Assembly (NCBI GenBank): GCA_963821525.1
Contig: CAWGED010000005.1
Span: forward strand, 1,024,001-1,088,000
Length of the DNA: 64,000 bases
Direction of reading: 5' to 3'
From: an uncultured Gemmatimonadales bacterium
Lineage (GTDB): Bacteria > Gemmatimonadota > Gemmatimonadetes > Gemmatimonadales > GWC2-71-9
The position numbers and the translations under genes were made by a program. Positions 52,311 to 64,000 of the stretch are shown here, one piece after another. The first letter of the stretch is position 1; each line of letters starts with the position of its first letter. A model generated the notes under the pieces. It was not told the origin of the DNA. It saw only the letters and a list, made by a program, of their open reading frames with translations, and searched no databases.

Positions 52311-54172
52311 ATGACTATGGTTCCTTCCTCGCCCAGCCGGGCGTGCAGGCTCTTGTTCGTCCTCTTTCTGGCCTGCGGACTCCTGGCCGGCTGCAGTGAT
52401 TCAAACCCTTCGTCAGCTTCACTTCCTCCCCCGGTCGGGAGTATCGCTGCCAGTTCCCCTACCACGCAGAGTGCTCCGGTAGGAACCGAGGTGCCGAGTC
52501 GTCCCTCGGTCACCGTCGAGGATACCAATCAGGCCCCATTGGCTGGCGTGACCGTTACCTTCGCGGTAGCCGGTGGTGGGGGCACTGTTACTGGTGCCTC
52601 TCAAGTTACTGACGCGAGTGGCAAGGCGACGGTCGGAGAGTGGGTGCTCGGTCCCAATACCGGCGACAACACGCTGACTGCTTCGGTCGCTGGCTCGGGA
52701 ATCACCGGTAACCCCGTCACCTTCACGGCGACCGGGACCGGTGGAGGGCCCGCGCCGGACACCGCCGTGGTACGGTTCGCGACCTACTGGGGTGGCAGCG
52801 AAGAGGACCAGGTGCGGGACCTCGCGACCGACGCCCAGGGCAACATCTACGCGGTGGGCGGCACGGCGAGCAACGATTTCCCGACCACCCTAGGGCGCCT
52901 TCGACCGAACCCATGACGACAGTCCGAACGGGACGGTGAAGCACTACGATGTGTTCGTCAGCAAGTTCGACTCGACCGGCAGCCTGCTCTGGTCGACCCT
53001 GCTGGGCGGACCGGGCTACGACCGGGCCTATGCCGTCGAGGTGGATGCACAAGGGTTCGTGTACATCGGAGGACGTGCGGGCGTCGGGTTCCCCGTCACG
53101 CCCGGTGCGGCTCAGACTGTCTTCCGGGGCGGTGGGGTGGCCAATTATGGCGAGGAAGATGGTTTCGTCTGCAAGCTGCAGCCGGACGGGTCGGCCCTCG
53201 TCTTCTGCACCTACTTCGGGACCAACGACTTCAACATCGTGCGGGACATCGATATCGACCCGCAGGGGAACGTCTACATCGCCTCGTCGGCCGAGCTCGA
53301 CTTCCCGGCGAGTGACACCTACTTCAACGGCAGCTACCAGCCCCAGCGGCAAGGCCGGGCTGGACTGCGTCATCGCGAAGCTGAACGCCTCGGGCTCGAG
53401 CTTCGCCTGGGCGACCTGGATCGGTGGGAGCGGAGACGACGGAACTCAGCCGAGCGTGCGGGTCGATGGGCAAGGCAATGTCTGGTACATCGCAGGGGTG
53501 GACAGTCCGAACATGCCGCTGGTGAATCCGACCCAGGCAACGATTGGCGGCGGAGTCGACGACTATCTCGCCAAGCTTTCGCCCGATGGCAAGAATCTTC
53601 TCTTCGCAACCTATCTCGGAGGCTCGGGCGCCGAGGGTTCGGAAACTCACAACCTCGCGGTGAATCGCTCTACCGGGGACATCTATGTCGGTTCGGCCAC
53701 CTCGTCCAATGACCTGCCCGTGACTGCCAATGCGATGCAGTCGGGAGCTGGGGGTGGCGGAAGGGACGGCTTGGTCGCTCGCTACAGTAATGCGGGTTCG
53801 TTGCTCTACTTGTCCTATATGGGCGGGCCCGAGACCGATCGGTTCGAAGGGATTCTGGTCGGGAGCGACGGTAACGTGTACATCTCGGGAATCGGCCAAT
53901 CCGTCTATGGCACCGTGGGTCCCTCGGGACCGCTCGGCAGCGACGATGCAGCTGGGCTGATCCTTTCGCCTGACCTTGGTCAAGTGCTGTTCGGAATCCG
54001 GCTTGGCGGGACTAATGGCGACGAGGGGCGGGCGATAGCCCCGATGCCGGGCGGCGGGTTCGTGATGGGTGGCATCGAGTCGAGCAGCGACTTCCCGAGT
54101 CATGACTCCGAGCAAGCGAATTTCGGCGGCGGAGCCACCGACGGCTGGTTCGCTCGCCTCATCCCTCGCTAA
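52311..54172 (+). CDS. Lipoprotein with one Ig-like (Big_1) domain and an SBBP-type beta-propeller (frameshifts near 52890 and 53350)
   Basis: Lipobox LAGC; GVTVTFAV...GNPVTF; FATYWGGSEEDQ, DAQGNIY, DVFVSKFD, FATYLGGSG. Confidence 0.82.
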
Positions 54173-54302
54173 GAGAGATCGGGTTACAGGTAACCCCGGG
54201 GAGATTTACGCTTCGGGCGGCATCTCGTTGCGGGTCTTGAGCCGTTGGCGGTTTCTCACGCTCTCGATCGCGCAGGGATTGTCGGATATGGGTGGGGGAC
54301 AG

Positions 54303-57300
54303 ATGAAGCGGATTCTGCTTGCGAACCGATCGAGCCGGTTCGGCCATTGGCTGATCATTACGGGCACGATCCTGGCGGGCTGCGGCTCTCCAGATGACAA
54401 GGTGTCCCCCGGGCCGACTCCTGCTACAGTCGCTGCCGCCTCACCAACCAGCCAGTCCTCCATCGTAAAGACCGCAGTCGCTGTCCCTCCCGCCATAATG
54501 GTACGGGACCAAAACAACGATCCCGTCCCGGGGATAGAAGTCACCTTCGCGGTGACGCAGGGAAGCGGCACTCTGGCCGGGGCGAACCAGACCACGGACG
54601 CAAATGGTGAGGCCAGCGCCACCTCATGGACGCTGGGTTCCACCCCGGGCTCCAACGTGGTGACGGCTTCCATCGCGGGCAGCGGGATCACTGGCAATCC
54701 GGTGACCTTCACTGCGACTGCCACCCTGCCGGGTCCCGCTTCGATCGAAGCGGTGACAGCTACGACCCAAACGGCGGAAGTCGGACAGGCGGTAGCCGCG
54801 GCTCCCTCGGTCCTTGTGCGTGACGCCAACCAGCAGCCGTCCGTCGGGGCCGTCGTGGTCTTCGCGGTGACCGCGGGTGGAGGCCTGGTAACCGGCGCTT
54901 CACAGACCACCGACGCCAACGGTCGAGCGACCGCCGATTCCTGGACTCTTGGCCTGGTGCCAGGCAGCAACACCCTCACCGCGACGGTTGCCGGCGCTGG
55001 CATCACCGGTAACCCGGTCACCTTCAGTGCCACCGCTACAGCTCCCGGGCCCGCCACAATTACGCCGGTTTCTCCGATCGTGCAGAGCGCACCGGAGGGG
55101 CTCGCCGTACCGGTTCCCCCTTCGGTCATCGTCCTCGACGACCACCGGGAGCCGGTTGCAGGAGCCAATGTGGTCTTCTCGGTCACGGCGGGCGGTGGAC
55201 AGATCGTCGACGGCACCCAGACCACCGACGCCAACGGAGCGGCGACCGTTCACTCCTGGACCCTGGGTCCGGCGACCGGCGCCAATTCCGTCGAGGCGCA
55301 AGTGACCGGCGCAGGAGTGACCGGCAATCCGGTGATCTTCCGGGCAACGGCGGTTCCTCCGAGCGACTCGAGTATCGCCGCGAATTCGCCGAACACGCAG
55401 AGCACCCTCGAGGGAACGGCGGTGGCGACGCCTCCCTCGGTGATGGTGCGGGACGAGAACGGCAACCAGCTCCCCGGAGTGACAGTCACCTTTGCCGTCA
55501 CCTCCGGGGGCGGTACGGTAACCGCCGGAACCCAGACCACCGATGCGAGTGGGATCGCCACTGCGGGCCAATGGGTTCTCGGGCCGAATCTCGGAATCAA
55601 TACGCTGACGGCCTCGGCGACAGGATCGGGTTTCGTGGGAAATCCGGTCACCTTTGTCGCGACCGGGACGGCTCCAGCCAGCGTAGCAGCCATTTCGGCT
55701 GTTAACTCAGAGCGGGACGGTGGCGGTGGCAGTGCCCTCGCCACCCTCAGTGATCGTCAAGGACGCGAGTCAGGTCGGCGTCGCCGGGGTCACGGTAACC
55801 TTCGCTGTCACCGCGGGCGGAGGTTCGGTGACCGGAGCCTCGACCACAACCGATGCGTTCGGTGTGGCGAGTGCCTCGTCCTGGGTGCTCGGAGCCTCGG
55901 CGGGTCAGAATACTCTCACGGCCACCGTGTCCGGAGCTGGCATCAGCGGAAATCCCGTCACCTTCAACGCGATAGGTACCGGATCGCCGCCGGCCAATAT
56001 CGCCGCTGCATCGGTAACCAGTCAGAGCGCGGAAGTCGGCACGGCGGTTCTGCATCCGCCGGCCGTGATCGTGTCGGATGCGCAACAGCGGCCGCTTGCG
56101 GGAGTCGTGGTAGTCTTCGCGATCACGGCGGGGGAGGGAGCCTGACGGGGGAATCGCAGACCACGGATTCCGCGGGAAAGTCACGCTTACCGAGTGGACT
56201 CTCGGGTCGGTTCCGGGAACCAACACGCTCACTGCCACGGTCGCTGGCTCGGGGGTCACCGGTAATCCGGTCACCTTCAGCGCAACTGGAACTGCCCCGG
56301 TTCCCGCCAGCATTGCGGCGAATTCTCCGACCAGCCAAAGCGCGATAGTGGGAACTGCGGTTCGGGTCCCACCTGGGTGACGGTCCTCGACCACAATAAG
56401 CAGGGTGTCGCCGGTGTCACCGTCAACTTCGCCGCCACCGCGGTGCCGGGAACGTCTCCGGGGCGACCCAGACTACGGACGCCAACGGGAGGGCTGCGGT
56501 CGGTTCCTGGGTCCTGGGCCCAGCGCCCGGGGTAAACACTTTGACCGCGACCATCACCGGCTCAGGGATCACCGGAAACCCGGTGACGTTCAGCGCGACC
56601 GGCACGGCTGTTCCCGATACTGCCGTCGTGAGGTTCGCGACGTACTGGGGTGGGACGCGAGGAGGACCAGGTTCGGGACCTCGCGACCGATGCCCAGGGC
56701 AACATTTATGTTGTCGGCGGAACGGCCAGCAACGATTTCCCGACTACGCCTGGGGCCTTCGACCGGACCCACGACGACAGCCCCAACGGGACGGTCAAGC
56801 ATTACGACGTGTTCGTGACCAAGTTCGACTCGACCGGGAAACTCATCTGGTCAACCCTGCTGGGCGGGCCGGGCTATGATCGGGCGTACGCGGTTGAGGT
56901 GGATGCGCAAGGGTTCGTGTACATCGGAGGGCGCGCGGGAACGCGGTTCCCCGGTCACGCCGGGGCGGCGCAAACCGACTTCCGCGGCGGCCGGTGCCGG
57001 TTGTACGGCGAGAAGACGGGTTCGTGTGCAAGTTGCGCCCCGACGGCTCGGCGCTGGTCTATCTGCACCTACTTCGGCACCACCGACTACAACATCGTCC
57101 GCGATATCGACATCGACCCGAGCGGAGCGGTCTATATCGCCTCATCCTCGACCGTGGAATTCCCCCCGGGCGATAACTATTTCCAGGGAACATACCAGCC
57201 CACCAAAAAGGCAGGACTCGACTGCGTCGTGGCGAAACTGAACGCCTCGGGTCGAGCATTCGCCTGGGCTACCTGGCTCGGCGGCGAACGGCGACGATGG

Positions 57301-58036
57301 CACTCAGCCGAGCGTGCGGGTCGATGGGCAAGGCAATGTCTGGTACATCGCAGGGGTAGACAGTCCGAACATGCCGCTGGTGAATCCGACCCAGGACAAC
57401 GATTCGGCGGCGGGGTCGATGACTATCTCGCCAAGCTCTCGCCCGATGGCCAGCAACTCCTGTTTGCGACCTACCTTGGTGGCGAGGGACAGGAGGGCTC
57501 CGAAACCCACAATCTCGCGGTAAACCGAGGCCAGCGGAGACATCTATGTGGGGTCGGCGACCTCGTCCACCGATCTGCCCGTCACTGCGAACGCGCTGCA
57601 GCCCGGGCCGGGTGGTGGCGGGCAGGATGGACTCATTGCGCGCTATAGCAACGCTGGTGGCCTGTTATCAGATTCCTATGTCGGCGGACCGAGGGGTCGA
57701 TAGGTTCGAGGGAATCTTGGTCGGCACCGATGGCAATGTATACGTCTCGGGAATCGGCCAGGAAATCTACGAGCACGGTGGGTCCGTCGGGTCCTCTCGG
57801 GAATGATGATGCCGCTGGGTCATGGTCCTGTCACCCACCCTGGGCCAGGTGCTGTTCGGGATCCGGCTCGGCGGCACCGCAAGCGACAACGGCCGGACGG
57901 TGGCGCCGATGCCGGTGGTGGGTTTGTAATCGGCGGCATCGAGTCGAGCACCGATTTCCCCATTCGACAGGCGCAGCAGCCGCAATACGGTGGCAGCACC
58001 AGTGATGGATGGATCGCCCGCATCATTCCCCGCTGA
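54303..58036 (+). CDS. Large lipoprotein with seven Ig-like repeats and an SBBP-type beta-propeller (many frameshifts)
   Basis: Lipobox LAGC; seven GNPV(T/I)F-ending repeats about 312 nt apart; propeller paralogous to the previous gene. Confidence 0.8.
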
Positions 58037-58085
58037 TCACGCTCGCTGCTTGCCGGCCTCACGCCGGCCATCCATCGTTCGGCGC

Positions 58086-58461
58086 GTGAGAACCCCGGCC
58101 CGACTCTTCTGGCGCGCTATCCGGCTTCGCTGCCCCAACTGTGGCGCAGGACAGCTTTTCGAATCCTGGTTCAGGATACGGCCGCGCTGCCCGCAGTGCG
58201 GGCTTGCGACCGAGCGCCGAGAGGAGGGTTATCAAGTCGGTGCTTACATGTTCAACATCGTCGCGTCCGAGCTGATCTTTGCCGCGATTTTTCTCGGAGT
58301 GCTGTGGTACACCTGGCCCGATCCACCCTGGCTGATGCTGCAGATTGTCGGAGTGAGTGTCATGATCCTCGCTCCGTTTCTGTTCTATCCCTTCTCCAAG
58401 ACACTGTTCCTGGCGTTTGACCTTGGCCTTCCGACCGGCGAGCCACGACGAGTTAGTCTAG
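58086..58461 (+). CDS. DUF983 family Zn-ribbon membrane protein (frameshift near 58425)
   Basis: RCPNCGAGQLF, RCPQCG, two TM helices, SKTLFLAFD. Confidence 0.82.
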
Positions 58462-58524
58462 ACCGGCCTCGAGTCTCCACTATCTTCCTACCACTCGCGC
58501 CGCGTAATCTTGGCGGCTTTGCCG

Positions 58525-58598
<74 letters not shown>

Positions 58599-58621
58599 TC
58601 AGTCCTTTCTCCACTCCAGCC

Positions 58622-60035
58622 TTGACCTTCATCTCCCGCATTCTCCCGCGCGCCGCCGACGTGCGAGTCCTACTCGGGCTCGGCCTGCCGGTCATTGTGG
58701 TGCAGGTGGGTATGATGGCCATGGGTGTGGTGGACACCATCATGGTGGGACACCTCAATGCCCAGGCCCTCGCCGCCGTCGCTCTGGGGAATCTCTACTT
58801 CTTCGGCGTAGCCATTTTCGGGATGGGCGTGCTCATGGCGCTCGACCCGGTCGTGGCTCAGGCGGTTGGCGCCGGCGACCACGAAGCCGCCGCGCGGGGA
58901 GTCCAGCGTGGGGTGATCCTCGCGGCGTTGCTCTGTCTGCCCGCCTCCGCGATGCTCTTTCCGGCGGAGAGCGTGTTGGGCTGGGCCAACCAGCCGCCCG
59001 AGGTCGTGCCGATCGCAGGCGCTTATTGTCGAGTGTCCATCCCCGGCACCTTCGGCTTCTTCGCCTTCATCGTATTTCGGCAAAGTCTGCAGGCCCTCGG
59101 GCGGCTTCGTTGCGATCGTCGCTGCGGTCTTGATTGCCAACCTCGTCAACGCGGGACTCAACTGGGTCCTGATCTACGGCCACCTCGGCATGCCTGGCCT
59201 CGGGGCAGTGGGCTCCGCCTGGGCCACGACGGTGAGCCGCTGGGTCATGGCGGGACTGCTTCTGGCCCTGGGCTGGCGTGAGTTGCGCCCGGTGCTCCTT
59301 CCGATTCGACCCGGCGTCGGCGATCCCCGCGCCCTCACCAGGATGTTTCTGCTCGGGGCCCCGATCGGTGTGCAGCATCAGCTGGAGTACGGCGTGTTCG
59401 GTCTCGTGGGGCTCATGATGGGCTGGCTCGGTACCACGCAGGTTGCGGCACACCAGATCGCCCTGAACCTGGCATCCGTCACCTTCATGGTGCCTCTCGG
59501 TCTCTCGAGCGCTGCCGCGGTAGTGGTGGGTCACGCGGTGGGACGCTCCGATCGCGCCGGTGCATCCGGTGCGGCGCGGGCGGCTCTGGCATGTGCCGTC
59601 AGCTTCATGGGGACTACAGCTCTCGCATTCACCTTGGCGCCTCGAACACTCGCGGGCTTGTATACTGCGGATCCTGCGGTGTTGGCGCTCGCCGTCATGC
59701 TACTTCCGTTGGCCGGAGTGTTTCAGGTTTTCGACGGGATCCAGGTCACTTCGATTGGGATTCTGCGCGGCCTAGGCGACACTCGTACTCCCATGATTGT
59801 CGGGTTGCTGGGATACTGGGTGATCGGATTGCCGGTGAGCCTCCTGCTGGGATTTCGTCTCGGGCAGGGGCCCGTCGGTCTCTGGTGGGGGCTGGTGCTC
59901 GGCCTCGTCATCGTCGCCCTGTTCCTCTTGGATCGGGTGAGACGCAGGCTGCACCTTCCCCTGCGTCGAGTGCACATTGACCACGTGCAGGCTAGCACCG
60001 GTTTTAGCCCTACCGACCTCGGCACTCAGGCGTGA
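58622..60035 (+). CDS. MATE family efflux transporter, NorM-like (frameshift near 59110)
   Basis: VVDTIMVGHL, ALAAVALG, AAHQIALN, FQVFDGIQ, LRGLGDTR. Confidence 0.92.
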
Positions 60036-60078
60036 CCGCCAGCGAGGCTTACCGACTCACGTCTCACGATCTCGACCA

Positions 60079-60729
60079 TTGACCACAGACCACCGGCGCT
60101 TCAACACCGTCATCTTCGACTGCGACTCCACCCTCACTACCATCGAAGGAATCGAGGAGCTGGCCCGCGGACAGCGCGAAGAGATCACCCGTCTCACCGA
60201 GTTGGCCATGCGAGGGTCCGTGCCGTTGGAGCAGGTGTACGGCCATCGTCTGGAGCTGATTCGTCCATCACGATCGGACATCGCCGAGGTAGGCCGGCTT
60301 TACCTGCGCAACCTCGTCCCCGGCGCCCGGGAGACCATTCGTGCCCTTCAGGCCGATGGTGTAACCGTGCAGATCCTGAGCGGCGGTTTGGCGCCGGCAG
60401 TACTCATCGTCGCGCGAGAGTTAGGGGTCCCCGATTCCCGGGTGGCGGCCGTGGATGTCCGCTTCCACGAGGACGGGAGCTACCTCGGATTCGACAGCGA
60501 TTCGCCGCTGGCCCGCGCCGGAGGGAAGCGCACCTGGATCGAGGCCTCCGGCCTCCCCCGTCCGCGCCTCCTCATCGGGGACGGCGCTACCGACCTCGAG
60601 GCACGCCCGGCGGTCGATTGTTTCGCGGCTTATGTGGGGGTAGTTGACCGTCCAGAGGTGAGCCGGGCGGCCGATGTCGTCCTTCGCGAACCTTCTCTGG
60701 AGGCGGTGCTCAAACTGGTACGAGGATAA
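60079..60729 (+). CDS. serB: HAD-IB phosphoserine phosphatase (start uncertain)
   Basis: FDCDSTL, LSGG, IGDGATDLEA; in an operon with serA. Confidence 0.85.
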   Translation: MTTDHRRFNTVIFDCDSTLTTIEGIEELARGQREEITRLTELAMRGSVPLEQVYGHRLELIRPSRSDIAEVGRLYLRNLVPGARETIRALQADGVTVQILSGGLAPAVLIVARELGVPDSRVAAVDVRFHEDGSYLGFDSDSPLARAGGKRTWIEASGLPRPRLLIGDGATDLEARPAVDCFAAYVGVVDRPEVSRAADVVLREPSLEAVLKLVRG

Positions 60730-60811
60730 AGCCCAACCTCGTCGTACCTCTGGTTATATTCGTCCCGGATTCGAACCGACAATCCTTCGACAAAAGTGGA
60801 GCGTTCTGGTA

Positions 60812-61925
60812 ATGACTGTGAGTGAAATTTCCGCAGCGCCGACGTTCGGTCGGTTCTTCCTCCCAGGTCCCACCGAAGTTCGACCCGAAATTCTTGCGGC
60901 CCAGGCTCAAGCGATGATCGGGCACCGGGGCAAAGCGATGGAGACGCTCATCGCCGAGCTGCAACCCGGACTGCGCCGGATCTTTCGAACTTCGCGTCCG
61001 GTTTACATCGCGGCCTCGTCCGCGACCGGACTCATGGAGGCTGCGATCCGGAACTGTGCCGGCCGCCGAGTCTTGTCGCTGGTGAATGGTGCCTTCAGCG
61101 AGCGTTTCTATCGCATCGCCCTGGCGCACGGAGTGGAGGCCGTGGCCCTGGAGGTACCGCTGGGCGCCGCTCATACTCCGCAAATGCTTGCCGACGCGTT
61201 GGCGAAGGGATCCTACGACGCGGTCACGGTCGTGCACTCCGAGACGTCAACCGGAGTACTGAATCCGATCCGTGAGCTCGCGGAAGTTGTACACCGCCAG
61301 CCTGGACGACTGCTCCTCGTCGATAGCGTGACCGGAGTCGCCGGCGCCCAGGTTGAAAGCGACGCCTGGCAACTCGACTTCGTGCTGACCGGTTCACAGA
61401 AGGCGCTCGCGCTTCCTCCCCGGCCTCGCGCTCGGCGTCGCGCAACCCGCTGCGCTGGAGCGGGCCCGGGCCACTCCCAATCGGGGGATCTACTTCGATC
61501 TGGTCGAGTTCGAGAGCTACGTCGTCAAGAACCAGACACCGAACACGCCGGCTCTGTCCCTCATGTACGCTCTCGCCGCTCAGGTCGAACGCATCGACGC
61601 GGAAAGCATCGAGACCCGCTGGGCCCGCCACCAGGCAATGGCGCACCGGACCTGGCACTGGACCGAATCGATGAATGGCAAAGGTATAGCGCTCGAGGTC
61701 CTGGCTCCCCGGGAATTCCGGTCGCCTACGGTGACCTGTATCAAGCTGCCGGGTGGCGTGAGCGGGAGCGCAGTGGACAAGGAGATGAAGCGTCGCGGCT
61801 ATACCATCTCGCCGGGGTACGGCGCGCTCAAGGACTCGACCATTCGCATCGGTCACATGGGCGATCACACCGTGGACGAATTGAACGAGCTGCTTCAGGT
61901 GCTCGAGGACGTGCTGCGCTCGTGA
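60812..61925 (+). CDS. Class V aminotransferase (alanine-glyoxylate family), probable phosphoserine aminotransferase (frameshift near 61420)
   Basis: LPGPTEV, IGHRG, HSETSTGV, DSVT, TGSQKALALPP, RIGHMG. Confidence 0.88.
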
Positions 61926-63527
61926 GCCGCTATCGCGTCCTGGTGGCGGACAAGATCGCTCGGGAGGGTCTCACCCCCATCGCCGACGATCCCCGCTTTA
62001 CTCTGATTGAACGTCCGGGCCTGAAGGATGATGCGCTGGCAGAAGCGCTCTCCGAGGCCGATGCGGTGATTGTCCGTAGCGCGACCCGCATCACGCGAGG
62101 AGCGCTGGGACGCACGACCAGTCTCAAGGTGATCGGCCGGGCTGGGGTCGGGGTGGACACGATTGACGTGGATGCCGCCACCGAGAAGGGCATCGCCGTC
62201 ATGAACGCGCCGGCCGGGAACACCATCTCGGCCGCGGAACTCGCATTCGCATTGCTGCTTGCCCTGGTCCGGCGAGTGCCCGCCGCCGATCGCTCCATGA
62301 AGGACGGCCAGTGGGATCGATCGAGCTTCAGCGGCACCGAGCTGTACGGCAAGACGCTCGGGCTGGTCGGCGCCGGAAGGGTAGGGGGCGAAGTCGCGCG
62401 CCGAGCCCAGGCCTTCGGGATGACTGTCGTCGGCTACGACCCCTTCCTGAGCCAGGACGCGGCCCGCAGTCTCGGCATCCGGCTGGAGTCTTTGGAAGAG
62501 GTCCTGAGAAGTGCCGATGTACTGTCGCTGCATGTGCCGTTGACCGAGAGCACCAAGGGTCTCCTCGGCGAGGCTCAACTCGCGATGATGAAACCCGAAG
62601 CCGTGATCATCAACGCCGCGCGAGGCGGCGTGCTCGATGAGGCGGCCTTGCTCCGCAGGCTGCAGGAGAAACGACTCGCCGGAGCGGCGCTGGACGTGTT
62701 CGAGAAGGAGCCGCTTCCCGCCAGACGATCCGCTCCGCAAGCTGCCAAACGTCGTGCTTACCCCTCACCTCGGCGCATCCACCGAAGAGGCCCAGCTCAA
62801 CGTCGCGCTGGAGATCGCTCAGGCGATTCGTGCGGCGCTGGTGCATGGCGATCTCTCGGGTGCGGTGAACGCTCCCTTTGTGGTGGGCGATCGGGTGCAG
62901 CGACTGCGGCCACTCCTTTCCATGGCCCAGCGACTGGGACGCCTGGCGGCGGCGCTGACGGATGGAGCGATCACCTCAGTCGAAATCCGTTTCGGCGGGG
63001 ACGAGGATTTTCTCCGTCCCCTCGCCGCCGGAGCCGTCGCGGGTCTCCTCGCGGATGTCGTGGGACCGGCGGGCGTGAACGTGGTGAATGCCCTGCATCT
63101 CGCCAAGGCCCGCGGGATCGAAGTCGATCGCACCCGGATCGACGCGAACCGGGACTATGCCGAATTCATCGAAGTGCGGGCGACCGGTAGCGGACGGTCC
63201 TCCAGGGTTGCCGGTGCGCTGCTGGCCGAGGGGCATCCTCGAGTCGTTCGCATCGGAGACTTCCGACTGGATGTCGTTCCGCGCGGTGTCCTCGTGTTGC
63301 TGCGTAACCGGGACGTGCCCGGTGTCATCGGTCGAGTCGGCTCGCTTCTGGGCGAGGCCGGAATCAACATCGCCGAGTATCATCAGGCGCGACTCTCCGC
63401 TGGCGGTGAGGCCCTCGCCGCGATCAGTGTGGACTCGCCGCTCAAACCCGAGGCACTCGCCGCACTCCGGAGTCTGCCGGAAGTACTCGACGCCCGTCAG
63501 GTGCAGTTCGATCCCGTCGGTCTGTAA
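61922..63527 (+). CDS. serA: D-3-phosphoglycerate dehydrogenase with ACT domain (frameshift near 62720)
   Basis: RAGVGVD, NTISAAE, INAARGG, TPHLGAST, DVPGVIG, GINIA. Confidence 0.95.
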
Positions 63528-63667
63528 CGCACTTGGGGCTTGCCGCCTCGGCGGGCCCGGCGGGATTCCGATCTTCGACTTCTGAACCTTCCGCGTTGAC
63601 AACTGGCACTCGGAAGGGAAGCTTTCGCGCGCTCCCAGATGCAGTTCACCCCGATCCAGACCGAAAC

Positions 63668-64000
63668 ATGATCGCTCTGAGCCTTGTTCTTGCCCTGCAA
63701 CAGCAGCCACAGACCCCTCCCACCCCGTCGGCTCCGTCTCCCATCGCGCACGTGACGATCACGCCCGAGACCAGGACGATGACCGCTGGCGATACGCTTC
63801 GCTTCAGTGCGCAGGCTGTCGACAGCTCGGGAAGCCAGGTCGCCAATGCCTTGATTCGCTTCGTGGGTTCGGGCGGACGGTTCGAGGGCCGGGTGGACAG
63901 CTCAGGCCTGGTTTCCGCCGGATCCACCGGGGTGTTGGGGGTTACGGCGATCGCGAGCGTCCCGGGTACTCGACCCGTCATGGAACGGGTGGAGATCTCG
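63668..64000 (+). CDS. Secreted protein with an Ig-like domain, partial
   Basis: Read manually: MIALSLVLALQQQ...IAHVTITP...AGDTLRFSAQAVDSSG; open to the window end. Confidence 0.75.
   Translation, partial: MIALSLVLALQQQPQTPPTPSAPSPIAHVTITPETRTMTAGDTLRFSAQAVDSSGSQVANALIRFVGSGGRFEGRVDSSGLVSAGSTGVLGVTAIASVPGTRPVMERVEIS

Noticed and set aside
52760..58036. Diversity-generating retroelement template/variable repeat pair
   Set aside because: Both copies are coding, differences are not adenine-specific, and no reverse transcriptase is present
60674..63190. Apparent 838-aa aminotransferase-SerA fusion
   Set aside because: Created by a frameshift near 61420; the aminotransferase ends in another frame at 61925 and serA has its own GTG at 61922
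63580..63630. CIRCE-like half-site CTGGCACTC next to TTGACA, within a weak hairpin
   Set aside because: No matching right half-site at N9 spacing

Overview
GC-rich bacterial chromosome segment, most likely Gemmatimonadota (inferred from gene order and protein style, not from a search). It is mostly housekeeping: CIRCE-regulated groESL, serS-HK-pcrA-gatCAB, murA-pgeF, the rimP-nusA-infB-rbfA-truB-ribF-secDF-tatD-fhs superoperon, tRNA-Sec, murI, lpxH, an outer-membrane operon (HEAT-cyclophilin, peptidase/PD40/Omp85 fusion, LptE), rph-rdgB and a serB/serC-like/serA operon. An accessory block between tRNA-Pro and tRNA-Arg holds a PLC-like membrane protein and two paralogous Ig/beta-propeller lipoproteins. 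Many essential genes carry single-base frameshifts, most likely sequencing indels. No CRISPR, integrase or transposase was seen. The most unusual signal is a set of about ten short tandem 7-mer/8-mer arrays. Each has a different unit, most are arranged as inverted arms, and they sit at gene junctions and in frame inside genes. In one of them every unit that would place a stop codon in frame is altered.
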